Virus genome (UHGV): UHGV-0159523
Length of the DNA: 32,971 nucleotides
Origin: a virus
Strand: one strand, 5' to 3'
Notes under the pieces: model-generated
Told to the model about the DNA's origin: nothing
Database searches by the model: none
Seen by the model: the letters and a program-made list of their open reading frames with translations, nothing else
Made by a program: the position numbers and the translations under genes
Part shown: positions 19,964 through 28,137 of the stretch, one piece after another
Numbering within the stretch: the stretch's first letter is position 1
How the letters are laid out: every line of letters begins with the position of its first letter

Positions 19964-20716
19964 TTATCTCGTCACCCTTCTCAATTGTGCTTCAGCGTAA
20001 GCTTCCTCCTGCCAGCACTTTGTAACCAGTTTATCAATGACATCTGCATATCCTTTGTACCACTGATAATCCGTCAGGTCTGGTACCAGCTTCTGGACAT
20101 GAAGCCGCGCCAGTGTGGTTGGTAAACGGCTAAACCGGTTTCCATTGCAACGCCCACAAATCTTATAAACAGGCGTGCCATGAAGCCGGGTCCTTTTTTC
20201 ATCCAGGACAATACCTTTACCCTTACACCCTCTGCACGCGGTGCTGACTTCTCCCTTACCATGGCAATGCTGACATAGTTCCTTCACCCACTCTTCCTTG
20301 ATAACAGATTCCCCGCTTCTGGAGTGTTTCACCACTTCGCGCAATACATTATGAAATCCAGTACCAGCACAATGCTCACAGCGAGCCTTACTTGCCGCAG
20401 ACCTGGAATAATCAGCAAAGGCAAAATTCACAAGGTAAGGGATGATCTGTAACCGGGTTTCTTCACTCAATTTGTTCAATGTCGGGTTATCCAGTGCCAT
20501 CGCGTAATTGAACAGACCTTCAATCGCAAACTGAGGATCCTGAACACCAACTTTTGCCAGGAATAAGGCAAACCCAAGCGGTGCTTTCGACTGCACCATC
20601 CCCTGCGCAGCCATCACATCCGTAATCGTTAAACCACCTGAGCCTGTCGCCGGTGCGTCATCGCTCAATTTTGGAGATTTTGGGGAGTAATATTTTGGTA
20701 AGGCTTCAAGGTTCAT
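19964..20716 (-). CDS. Late-gene antiterminator Q-like protein, 250 aa from ATG 20716
   Basis: Cys-rich zinc-binding motifs (CEHCAGTG, CQHCHGKG, CRGCKGKG, CGRCNG); position immediately upstream of late leader/terminator and lysis genes; SD GGAGA before ATG 20714-20716. Confidence 0.7.
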   Translation of the reverse strand: MNLEALPKYYSPKSPKLSDDAPATGSGGLTITDVMAAQGMVQSKAPLGFALFLAKVGVQDPQFAIEGLFNYAMALDNPTLNKLSEETRLQIIPYLVNFAFADYSRSAASKARCEHCAGTGFHNVLREVVKHSRSGESVIKEEWVKELCQHCHGKGEVSTACRGCKGKGIVLDEKRTRLHGTPVYKICGRCNGNRFSRLPTTLARLHVQKLVPDLTDYQWYKGYADVIDKLVTKCWQEEAYAEAQLRRVTR

Positions 20717-20729
20717 GCTCGTTCTCCAC

Positions 20730-21701
20730 TTACGCCAGCACGCCAATTGCCTGCGCACGATCGATAAAACGAAATATCAGCTCCAGCTGGGAGCCATACT
20801 TCTCTTCAAATGCCACGGTATCCGCATGCAGCTCGTCGTGATGCTTTCTGCACAAAGGCAACACAAAGAGGTCATGCGCTTTTGTACCCATTCCACCCTG
20901 ACCGTGACCTATCAGGTGGTGGGGATCATCAGCAGGCTTTCCACAACATGCACACGGCTGTGTCTTAACCCAGCGGCGACGTTTTGGGCGTAACATAAAA
21001 GACTCCGGCGACTCCGGATCCACTTTCAGCGCCAGCACCTTTTTCGCCTTATCATGGATGATGCTGGTGGCAGGAATCGAAGGCACAAGGTCACTTTCCC
21101 GGGTGACAGACGGCACAACAGGCTTCGGTAATCTCAGTGCCTTACGGGCTGCACTTTCCGGTAAGGCATCCGCCAGGTCATTACGAATCAGCCACCAGCA
21201 CAGTTCCGGCATTGTCACAACGTGACTGTCATCAAAACCGAGATCCCGACGCACAACAGACAACACCCAGCGGGCACAGTTATCCGTTGCCATTGATTCC
21301 AGCCGTTCCGTGAACTGATCGCGCAGCTGGTTATCGCAGTGCCAGCACAGACGGATCGCGCCCGGCGCGTGTCGCATTGTGGTCATGTTCTCGCTGTGCC
21401 AGTCGGAATGAGGCCACTGACAGCCCTTTTCACGAAGTAACCAGCTTTCAAGACATTCCACGCCACCAGCACGACGGATCACTGCCTCATTGCAGAACAC
21501 GGCCCGAACGGCAGGATCATCCGCCAGCGGTTGTGATGCCGCGGGAACGGCACCACTGGCGAAAGATGAATAACGTTCCGGCTCAGGCTCCAGCAGGACA
21601 CGCCCCTGCATAAACAGGGGCATCAGCTCTGAACCGGGTCTGAACAATACGATCCCCATACGCGGGGCTATTTCAGTGGTCAGTAGTGCTCTCACGGTCA
21701 C
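20730..21701 (-). CDS. DUF968-family phage protein, 323 aa
   Basis: C-terminal Cys/His-rich segment CACCGKPADDPHHLIGHGQGG...CRKHHDELH; common lambdoid early-region gene. Confidence 0.55.
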   Translation of the reverse strand: MTVRALLTTEIAPRMGIVLFRPGSELMPLFMQGRVLLEPEPERYSSFASGAVPAASQPLADDPAVRAVFCNEAVIRRAGGVECLESWLLREKGCQWPHSDWHSENMTTMRHAPGAIRLCWHCDNQLRDQFTERLESMATDNCARWVLSVVRRDLGFDDSHVVTMPELCWWLIRNDLADALPESAARKALRLPKPVVPSVTRESDLVPSIPATSIIHDKAKKVLALKVDPESPESFMLRPKRRRWVKTQPCACCGKPADDPHHLIGHGQGGMGTKAHDLFVLPLCRKHHDELHADTVAFEEKYGSQLELIFRFIDRAQAIGVLA

Positions 21702-21702
21702 C

Positions 21703-22512
21703 TCAATGAACGGTATCGAGCAGCTTTAACAGCTCAGGGAATCGGGATTCGAAGAAATGCGGCTGCGTCTCACGCGGATTTGCGGGACTGGTGATGTTCT
21801 TGCCGAACATGCAGCCTTTCGCCGTCAGCGACCAGAATTTTTTGATGTTGTTAATCGCGGTACGGCTGTATCGTTCGCGCTGCTCGACGATCCCCAGCTT
21901 CGCCATCTGGTGATATGCCTGATTAGCCGTAAGGCGGATACCATACTGTTTCAGCAGTGCACTCAGCGACAGTGTCGGGCGGCTTGAGCCATCAGGCGCG
22001 TCAGCAGGAGCATCAATGGCATAGCGCGGTGCCAGATTCGGTAAGCCAACAGCCTCCTGGAGTTTCTGACAGGCCCCAAGCACTGAAGAGTTAGACAGGT
22101 TTAACTCCCTGCGCATAAAGTCCAGCAGAATCACTCCAGCCTGCATCTTGTCAGCAGCCTGCCCGGATAATTTTTCCGGTACGCTGGTTACCATATCGAA
22201 AGTACGGATCACCTTCAGATGGAATGACGGGCTGATCCACATTGCATAGGCATACACCAGTTCCTTGCAGACATAAGTTCCCCGTTCATTTCCCCCATGA
22301 ATCACACTCACCGGGTCAACACCCAAATTCTGGGTGTTGGTCAATTCATGAACAAGTTCAACACTTTGTTGGCTGGAAAGAAACTTTCCTGGCTCCTTGG
22401 TTCTGGCATTTGCACCAGATGCTACTGCTGCGCGATGCAGATCGTTCAGGCTGTAACGCCCATAAGCATCACGACGAACTTCAATACCATCAATGACCAT
22501 CAGATTATTCAT
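21703..22512 (-). CDS. KilA-N domain protein (antirepressor-like), 269 aa from ATG 22512
   Basis: N-terminal MNNLMVIDGIEVRRDAYGRYSLNDLHRAA motif typical of KilA-N; SD AAGGAG 9 nt upstream of ATG 22512. Confidence 0.7.
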   Translation of the reverse strand: MNNLMVIDGIEVRRDAYGRYSLNDLHRAAVASGANARTKEPGKFLSSQQSVELVHELTNTQNLGVDPVSVIHGGNERGTYVCKELVYAYAMWISPSFHLKVIRTFDMVTSVPEKLSGQAADKMQAGVILLDFMRRELNLSNSSVLGACQKLQEAVGLPNLAPRYAIDAPADAPDGSSRPTLSLSALLKQYGIRLTANQAYHQMAKLGIVEQRERYSRTAINNIKKFWSLTAKGCMFGKNITSPANPRETQPHFFESRFPELLKLLDTVH

Positions 22513-22531
22513 ACTTCGTTTCTCCTTTTGC

Positions 22532-22921
22532 TCAGGCGTCTGCACCCGCCGTTTTCTCGTACTTACTGATAGTGATCTCGACCTTCCCTTCCGGGATAAC
22601 CGGTCCCCACTCCACCAGCATTCTTTTCACCTGGCTGTCGTCTTCCCACACACCCGCGTGGGTCAGAACGTCAAACAGCGCCTTGTTATAGTTGTCCAGA
22701 TCGCGGATCCTGTTATCCGGAGGAAACAACACAATCTCTACTGAAGCAGGTGCCGACGTTGGTTTCGGCAGACGACGTAACTGCTCAACTATTGCTGCGC
22801 ACGCCGCGCTCTGGAATTTTCGCCCCGCCGCGCTTATCAGGCTCTTACCAGCAAACGCCCCTTTGTTGGGGTGTCGCCAGTACGTGTTCACGCTGGGCGG
22901 AAAAGGCAGGATCAGCTTCAT
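22532..22921 (-). CDS. rusA: Holliday junction resolvase RusA, 129 aa
   Basis: LPFPPSVNTYWRH...RDLDNYNKALFDVLTHAGVWEDDSQV matches RusA conserved core; ATGA overlap with upstream gene. Confidence 0.8.
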   Translation of the reverse strand: MKLILPFPPSVNTYWRHPNKGAFAGKSLISAAGRKFQSAACAAIVEQLRRLPKPTSAPASVEIVLFPPDNRIRDLDNYNKALFDVLTHAGVWEDDSQVKRMLVEWGPVIPEGKVEITISKYEKTAGADA

Positions 22922-23244
22922 ACTTTCAGGCCCCTCTCATGTAACCAGTGGGTTGCACGCAGCCTTGCGTTTTCCTCACCGGCAAGCAGTGAGCGGATAA
23001 TCCCGACCGCCTCGCTGTCGTCGTCCTTCACCGCGGTATGAAGCGTGATGCCCCGGGCCACGCCACGCTTTATCGTGATGACGCCTTTTTTCTCCAGTGC
23101 GCGAAGATGCTCCACCGCTGCATTCACTGAACGGTATCCCAGCATGGTTGCCACCTCCTGATTGGTTGGCGGGAAGCCACGTTCTTTCTGATAAGAAATC
23201 AGCATATCCAGCACCTGCTGCTGACACTGAGTTAACGTCGTCAT
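22918..23244 (-). CDS. LexA N-terminal DNA-binding domain paralog lacking the S24 peptidase domain, 108 aa
   Basis: MTTLTQCQQQVLDMLISYQKERGFPPTNQEVATMLGYRSVNAAVEHLRALEKKGVI aligns colinearly with the E. coli LexA N-terminus as I recall it; no Ser/Lys dyad region; TAATG coupling to upstream gene. Confidence 0.65.
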   Translation of the reverse strand: MTTLTQCQQQVLDMLISYQKERGFPPTNQEVATMLGYRSVNAAVEHLRALEKKGVITIKRGVARGITLHTAVKDDDSEAVGIIRSLLAGEENARLRATHWLHERGLKV

Positions 23245-23738
23245 TAAGCCCCCACGTAATTCCCTGACAGATACCATTCATCACCCGATACAGCGCGCTT
23301 GCTGCTTTTCCGTAAGCACCGCTCTCGACGCGCCAGAAAGTTGTTTCGTTCTGGCTGGGAGTGACTTTCACGGAATGCCGCCATCCACACCGTTGCAGCA
23401 CGACGGTATAAGCCCCTGGACTCCAGCTCTTCAGCCTGGCGGGTCAGGCACAAAATCACCCGGGGATCGTTAGTGCCGACATAGAAATTGCGCACAGGTC
23501 TGGTTTCACGAACAGATTGTGGTTCCGGCTCCTGCGCTCTCTCAGTCAGGCGCGGGAAATGTCTGCGTGTATCTCCTTCACAACGGTGAGCCACACGCCC
23601 ACTCTGACGTAACTTGCTTGCTGACTGCAGAACGCGCTGCCGTGAGTAACCAGCAAAAGCATCTGCAATGTCTCCGGAAGTACAGCCCGGATGGGCTTCA
23701 ATGAATTTCTGAACGTCATTCAAAAGACTCATGATCAC
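23244..23738 (-). CDS. Hypothetical early protein with PerC-like C-terminal motif, 164 aa
   Basis: ORF track; C-terminal LYRRAATVWMAAFRESH...RRERC resembles the PerC-family pattern; assignment tentative. Confidence 0.4.
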   Translation of the reverse strand: MIMSLLNDVQKFIEAHPGCTSGDIADAFAGYSRQRVLQSASKLRQSGRVAHRCEGDTRRHFPRLTERAQEPEPQSVRETRPVRNFYVGTNDPRVILCLTRQAEELESRGLYRRAATVWMAAFRESHSQPERNNFLARRERCLRKSSKRAVSGDEWYLSGNYVGA

Positions 23739-24676
23739 CCCCTGAATCCTGCCGGGATCTGGCTGTAGTCCACGTTGCCGTAACTGGCTTTGAAGTACGG
23801 GTCTTCACGTTTTTCTGTGTGCGTGCTGACGGACGGCGATAAGCGCAGGGAAAGCTCATCCCATTTTTCCCGCAACTTCGACGGGCTGAGCACGTTACGG
23901 CACCAGAACGGATCGCGGCTGACGCGGCTGTACATCTCGCAGATTTGTTTGTGAGTACGACCATCCTGCACACACATCAGGCGAATTTCGTTTGCCCATG
24001 CTGTCCAGTTCGGTTCTTTGGGACGAACCACCTCGCCGTCACATTCGGCGGCCTGCTCGTACAGGGCAATGATTTTTTTCCAGAGCCACTGTGCGCAGGT
24101 CAAATCATCCTGCGTTCCCCACTGGCGCTTTTTAGGGCTGAATACAACCGCATCAGGATGGCGAGTTAAAAAATCCTGTTCAGCCGTCTGCGTGTCCGGT
24201 TGCGAAGCGTCCGGACGAGAAGGTTTTTTATCTGACGGATCATGTTTTGATTTTACTGACGGATCCCCGCCAGATTCTGACGGGTGAAAACCCGCTTTTT
24301 TGCCAGATTTCGACGCATCAAATTTTGACGGGTCAGATTTTGATGCGTCAGATTTTGACGGGTCAGAATCTGACAGTTGAGAAAATGCCGCTGCCTGAAG
24401 CTTCGCAACGTTAAGCTGATAAACATTCGACGCATTGCGGTTACCCTGGCGACGCGCCTTACGCGTTAACCAGCCTTCTGCTTCCAGCCGTGCGATAGCC
24501 GTTCTGACGGTACTCATCCCCGCGCCAATCTGGCGGGCAATGGTTTCAATTGATGGCCAGCACACACCTTCGTCATTACTGAAATCAGCCAAGCGGGCCA
24601 TAATTGCCACGCTGGATAATTTCATGCCTGACGCTGCGCAACCATCCCATACATAGCCGGTTAATTTAGTGCTCAT
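23735..24676 (-). CDS. Replication initiator, O-like (N-terminal wHTH, repeat linker, C-terminal domain), 313 aa
   Basis: N-terminal HTH (SIETIARQIGAGMSTVRTAIARLEAEGWL); internal peptide repeats SKSDASKSDPSKFDASKSG encoded by a DNA iteron array; SD AGAGG before ATG. Confidence 0.65.
   Translation of the reverse strand: MSTKLTGYVWDGCAASGMKLSSVAIMARLADFSNDEGVCWPSIETIARQIGAGMSTVRTAIARLEAEGWLTRKARRQGNRNASNVYQLNVAKLQAAAFSQLSDSDPSKSDASKSDPSKFDASKSGKKAGFHPSESGGDPSVKSKHDPSDKKPSRPDASQPDTQTAEQDFLTRHPDAVVFSPKKRQWGTQDDLTCAQWLWKKIIALYEQAAECDGEVVRPKEPNWTAWANEIRLMCVQDGRTHKQICEMYSRVSRDPFWCRNVLSPSKLREKWDELSLRLSPSVSTHTEKREDPYFKASYGNVDYSQIPAGFRG
24226..24379. repeat. Iteron array (putative origin of replication) inside the O-like gene
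   Basis: About eight copies of a 15-bp repeat (consensus agattttgacgggtc); four perfectly tandem between 24320 and 24379. Confidence 0.6.
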
Positions 24677-24685
24677 GACCGACCT

Positions 24686-25024
24686 CTATTTCCCTGAATT
24701 TACGACGAAACTGTTCGAGCGGGCTGAAGCACTCATGCTCATAGCCTTCACGGAGGTAGATAACCCGTTGTGTTTCCGGCTCCCAACGAATGACTCTGAC
24801 GGGCACTCCGTAGTGATCTTTGAACCAGCGGTTAACTTGTCGCAAAGGACTGTCTCCTTCTGCCGGTTGAAATCACCCACAGCCCACTCTGCAAAGCTGT
24901 GGGTTACAATTTCCCTGTCACCTGGTACATTTACTGCATAGCAATACTCCACCTTCGCTTTTCCACCCGGTACAGGAAGCGCAATCAGTTGCGAGCGACG
25001 GTAGTGTGTTGTTAAACTGTTCAT
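24686..25024 (-). CDS. Hypothetical early protein, 112 aa, translationally coupled to the upstream gene
   Basis: ATGA stop/start overlap at 25021-25024; the SD of the downstream O-like gene lies in its 3' end. Confidence 0.4.
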   Translation of the reverse strand: MNSLTTHYRRSQLIALPVPGGKAKVEYCYAVNVPGDREIVTHSFAEWAVGDFNRQKETVLCDKLTAGSKITTECPSESFVGSRKHNGLSTSVKAMSMSASARSNSFVVNSGK

Positions 25025-25572
25025 GCGTTAGTTTCTCCACAGTCACGACACGCCACGGCGCCCGGAGCTGCACACTCGCGGGCGTCACTCTTTTCTGGAG
25101 CGCAAAAGATTTTGTAGACCAGTGCTGCATGCTCCTGGAGCTTCGAAATTGACAGATACAACTCATCATTAATTGCTGTCTGCTCGTGTGGCTCCACTAC
25201 CCCATCTTCGATTGCCGAACGAATCTGCTTTGAGTAACTCCCGATCTGTTCGATGACTTCCAGCAGGCGCTGGTTTATATCGGCGTTCTCTACTTCCTCA
25301 ATTTCAGGAAGCGATACGAACACCCCACCAGCAGACTGTGCGACAGCATCCGCAATGTAGTGAGTGCCAGCTGCGCGCTGTAAAACCATTGCCCATCCCA
25401 GCGGGAAAATCTGATCGCCATCGGCACGAAGGCGGTTAAATAATGCGTTCTCTGTTACATCCAGCCAGTCAGCAGCTTCAGCGTAACCACCCGGCAACGC
25501 CGCGATAGTTTTTCTGACAGCTTTCACGTACCACTCAGGCTGTTTTTCTACTTTCCAGTGATGCTTACCCAC
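25021..25572 (-). CDS. Early regulatory protein candidate (CII-position), about 183 aa from GTG 25572; alternative ATG starts at 25650/25683
   Basis: GTG at 25570-25572 has strong SD GAGGAG 6 nt upstream and avoids overlap with Cro-like stop at 25601. Confidence 0.4.
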   Translation of the reverse strand: MGKHHWKVEKQPEWYVKAVRKTIAALPGGYAEAADWLDVTENALFNRLRADGDQIFPLGWAMVLQRAAGTHYIADAVAQSAGGVFVSLPEIEEVENADINQRLLEVIEQIGSYSKQIRSAIEDGVVEPHEQTAINDELYLSISKLQEHAALVYKIFCAPEKSDARECAAPGAVACRDCGETNA

Positions 25573-25600
25573 GGTTAACTCCTCGTTTCTGTGGTTACGT

Positions 25601-25864
25601 TTACGCAACTGAACCGCTAACTTTTGAATAGCACTCTGGTAATCCATCATTTGGATTTGGATAAATATCAGGACGCAGCTCATGGGGGGTTACGGACCAG
25701 TTCCCCAGCTCACAAAGTTGTAAAACTCGTTCCGACGGGACTTGATTGTTAATTACCCAATTAGCGACAGATTGAGTAGATTTAAAACCAAAGCGACGAG
25801 CTACTTCAGATAAAGACTTTCCCGCAGCCTTTACTGCTTTCTCGGTGTAGTTTTGAGATGACAT
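25601..25864 (-). CDS. Cro-like HTH repressor, 87 aa
   Basis: HTH KSLSEVARRFGFKSTQSVANWV; SD AGGAG; divergent from CI across a short operator region. Confidence 0.65.
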   Translation of the reverse strand: MSSQNYTEKAVKAAGKSLSEVARRFGFKSTQSVANWVINNQVPSERVLQLCELGNWSVTPHELRPDIYPNPNDGLPECYSKVSGSVA

Positions 25865-25896
25865 ATCTTTCTCCTCTGAAATCCAGAGGGGATAAT

Positions 25897-25934
25897 GCTA
25901 CTTAAAGTAGCGAATTGCAACTACTTAAAATAGA
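25897..25934. promoter_or_regulatory. OR-like operators: two copies of a 15-bp palindrome (gctacttaaagtagc and actacttaaaataga)
   Basis: First copy is a perfect odd-length palindrome; second is a near copy 23 bp away centre to centre; both lie in the 71-bp gap between divergent cro-like and cI starts. Confidence 0.55.
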
Positions 25935-25935
25935 A

Positions 25936-26676
25936 ATGACGAGCGTATGTGATGTGAGTAATCTTCTACCTATGGTAGAAGAACAGAAGTATCCAGATTT
26001 CGCCAAGAGACTAAACGAGTTAATGACAAACAAGGGAATTTCTGTCACCCAACTCAAAAGTCTTGTTGGCGTTACATATGAAATGGCGCGGCGATACACA
26101 ATCGGCGCAGCGAAGCCTCGTGCCTCTGTCATGAATAAACTTGCGTTGGCTCTGGGGGTATCGGCTTCATATTTAGAATATGGTGTTGGCGAGAGAGAAG
26201 GATGTAAGGAAATGGCAAGCATCCCCAATCCAACAAAACCCGACGTATACAGGATAGAAGTTTTAGATCTTAGCGTTAGCGCAGGACCTGGAACCTATAT
26301 GCTTTCAGACTATGTTGATGTGCTCTACGCCATTGAGTTCACAACAGAACATGCCCGTTCTCTTTTCGGTAACCGTTCTCAGGATGATATTAAGGTTATG
26401 ACTGTAAATGGCGATAGTATGTCCCCTACTCTCGTTTCCGGAGATCGACTGTTTGTCGACATTTCTGTTCGTCACTTCCAGACTGATGGAATTTACTCTT
26501 TCGTTTACGGTAAGACTTTTCATGTTAAACGTCTTCAAATGCAAGGTGACAAGCTAGCCGTTCTTTCGGATAACCCTGCCTATGAGAAATGGTACATCGA
26601 TGAAAAATCGCAGGATCAGCTTTATGTAATGGGCAAGGCGTTGATTCATGAGTCAATAAAATACAATCGGTTATAG
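25936..26676 (+). CDS. CI-like prophage repressor with C-terminal S24 (LexA-like) peptidase domain
   Basis: N-terminal HTH (FAKRLNELMTNKGISVTQLKSLVGVTYEMARRY); C-terminal VNGDSMSPTL and FHVKRL Ser/Lys dyad; ATG at 25936 may be leaderless, TTG at 25915 is the track start. Confidence 0.85.
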   Translation: MTSVCDVSNLLPMVEEQKYPDFAKRLNELMTNKGISVTQLKSLVGVTYEMARRYTIGAAKPRASVMNKLALALGVSASYLEYGVGEREGCKEMASIPNPTKPDVYRIEVLDLSVSAGPGTYMLSDYVDVLYAIEFTTEHARSLFGNRSQDDIKVMTVNGDSMSPTLVSGDRLFVDISVRHFQTDGIYSFVYGKTFHVKRLQMQGDKLAVLSDNPAYEKWYIDEKSQDQLYVMGKALIHESIKYNRL

Positions 26677-26691
26677 TTCTAAGGGCATATA

Positions 26692-27039
26692 ATGGCTAGT
26701 GAGCAGGGATTCGAAAAGATTAACATGGATATGTTGGTCTCTTATTTCTCAGAAAAGAATATATATCTAAAATGTACACTATGTGGACACGACAGATTGA
26801 CTGTGCCTCAAGTCAGCGCGAATGTGGGCATGCCATGTACTATGAAACTTGGTAGTTATGTGAATGTTTTTACTGAAAAAAGCATTTATTCTGATACTGC
26901 TAACCAGTATTACTTTTCACTAATATGCAACAATTGTGGAAATGAAATTCATATAAATGCGTTTTCAGTTTTGAACTGGGTAAATGAAAAGTTCCCAGCA
27001 AAAACGGAAGATGAAAAAAATGCCGACGCCGCAAAATAA
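26692..27039 (+). CDS. Small protein with two CxxC pairs (zinc-ribbon-like), 115 aa
   Basis: CTLCGH and CNNCGN about 50 residues apart; AT-rich; immediately downstream of cI on the same strand (rexA position). Confidence 0.5.
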   Translation: MASEQGFEKINMDMLVSYFSEKNIYLKCTLCGHDRLTVPQVSANVGMPCTMKLGSYVNVFTEKSIYSDTANQYYFSLICNNCGNEIHINAFSVLNWVNEKFPAKTEDEKNADAAK

Positions 27040-27391
27040 TGTAGTACCATTTAATAGTGAACTTCCCACAATTAGAAGACACGGTGGAGATGGCGGAGGT
27101 GATGACATGCTTGAAGCCCGAGTCGCTAAGTTAGAAGCGAATGTTGAGGATATAAAAACAAATCTCGCAGAGATGAGAGCTGACATTCGTGATTTGCGAA
27201 ACGCTCTCTCCGACACCCGACGCGATGTCGCTGTTATCCTTCAAAAACAAATAGATATAGATGAAAAGTTGTCAAAAAAACCTAGCCTAAGTGAAGTCAA
27301 CAGCGCTATTTCATCAGCCGTAAATAAACAGATCGCATGGACTGTTGCAACAGGCTTGGCGATTTTAGGTCTCGCCAAATTTATGTTTTGA
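27011..27391 (+). CDS. Coiled-coil protein with single C-terminal TM anchor (XhlA-like architecture); start 27011 or 27020
   Basis: Heptad-like charged region EARVAKLEANVEDIKTNLAEMRADIRDLRNAL followed by IAWTVATGLAILGLAKFMF at the extreme C-terminus; overlaps upstream gene end. Confidence 0.5.
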   Translation: MKKMPTPQNNVVPFNSELPTIRRHGGDGGGDDMLEARVAKLEANVEDIKTNLAEMRADIRDLRNALSDTRRDVAVILQKQIDIDEKLSKKPSLSEVNSAISSAVNKQIAWTVATGLAILGLAKFMF

Positions 27392-27696
27392 TAAGTTTTT
27401 GACTATGACCTGCCCTAGTTTTCTTACTATCGAGGCTAAATCACACAATCCATTGAGTAGTAAATTCCCTACCGTTTTACACTTAGCCTCCAAAAACTCA
27501 ACAATACTCTCATGATTGACTTCTCCCCACTTGATGATTAACTAGATCACATACTGATCTCAGCCACAATGAAACAATCCATCACGTTCTACAACTCAGC
27601 TAACTTCACAATATAATTTTTTGATCATAGCCCCAAAATATTTTACCTGTAAATTCAATGAATTAATTTCAAAATGCGTTTTTATGCCCTTAACTT

Positions 27697-27733
27697 CTAC
27701 TTTTTGTAGTTGATTTTTGCAACTTTAAGTAGC
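27697..27733. promoter_or_regulatory. OL-like operators: two copies related to the OR palindrome (ctactttttgtag, gcaactttaagtagc)
   Basis: Second site matches OR 15-mer at 13/15; first shares CTACTT...GTAG arms; 23-bp spacing as at OR; additional half-site aagtagc at 27774-27780. Confidence 0.45.
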
Positions 27734-27861
27734 AATATCATTTTACCGACAACGAACAGGCAGGACGCCCACGAAGTAGCCGCCTGGGGCATATGAAGTC
27801 CAGGATGATTCGTTGAGTCATGTTGTGCCACTAGGCACTCATGTTAAAGCAGGTGTATGAA

Positions 27862-28137
27862 ATGAAAGTCCAGATTTTAAACAATAACTGTGAAGTCGTT
27901 TGGTCATACGACATAGCCGCCCCTGTAGATCAGAGCGGCGATAGCTGGACCAATGGGAAACATCAGATTATGGCTGGAGTTGTGTTCTCTTTACGCCGTG
28001 CTTTGGAACAGGCTGAAGTATTTCCATCAGACCCTGAATGGAAATGGCCTTTTTCTATTTGTCCAAATTCGGAGAGCACATTTCAGAAAATTGGTCAGAA
28101 AGTCGCACTCGAAGAGCATCAGCCAACTGTTTCCTGA
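27862..28137 (+). CDS. Hypothetical early-left protein, 92 aa from ATG 27862
   Basis: SD AGGTG 7 nt upstream of ATG 27862; first ORF downstream of OL-like region; 3' end overlaps a convergent ORF. Confidence 0.35.
   Translation: MKVQILNNNCEVVWSYDIAAPVDQSGDSWTNGKHQIMAGVVFSLRRALEQAEVFPSDPEWKWPFSICPNSESTFQKIGQKVALEEHQPTVS

Noticed and set aside
24669-24941. Plus-strand 90-aa ORF overlapping the minus-strand 112-aa early gene
   Set aside because: No SD, antisense to an operon whose genes are linked by ATGA overlaps; the minus-strand ORF is preferred, though neither was verified by homology.
25871-25887. Inverted repeat cctctgaaatccagagg as a third operator
   Set aside because: Sequence unrelated to the two CTACTT...AAGTAG operators and it contains the SD of the cro-like gene; likely incidental or an mRNA structure.
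27755-27800. Candidate nutL boxB hairpin (gcccacgaagtagccgcctggggc)
   Set aside because: No adjacent boxA-like CGCTCTTA element and no N-like Arg-rich protein gene; the stem is weak and the segment also contains an operator half-site.
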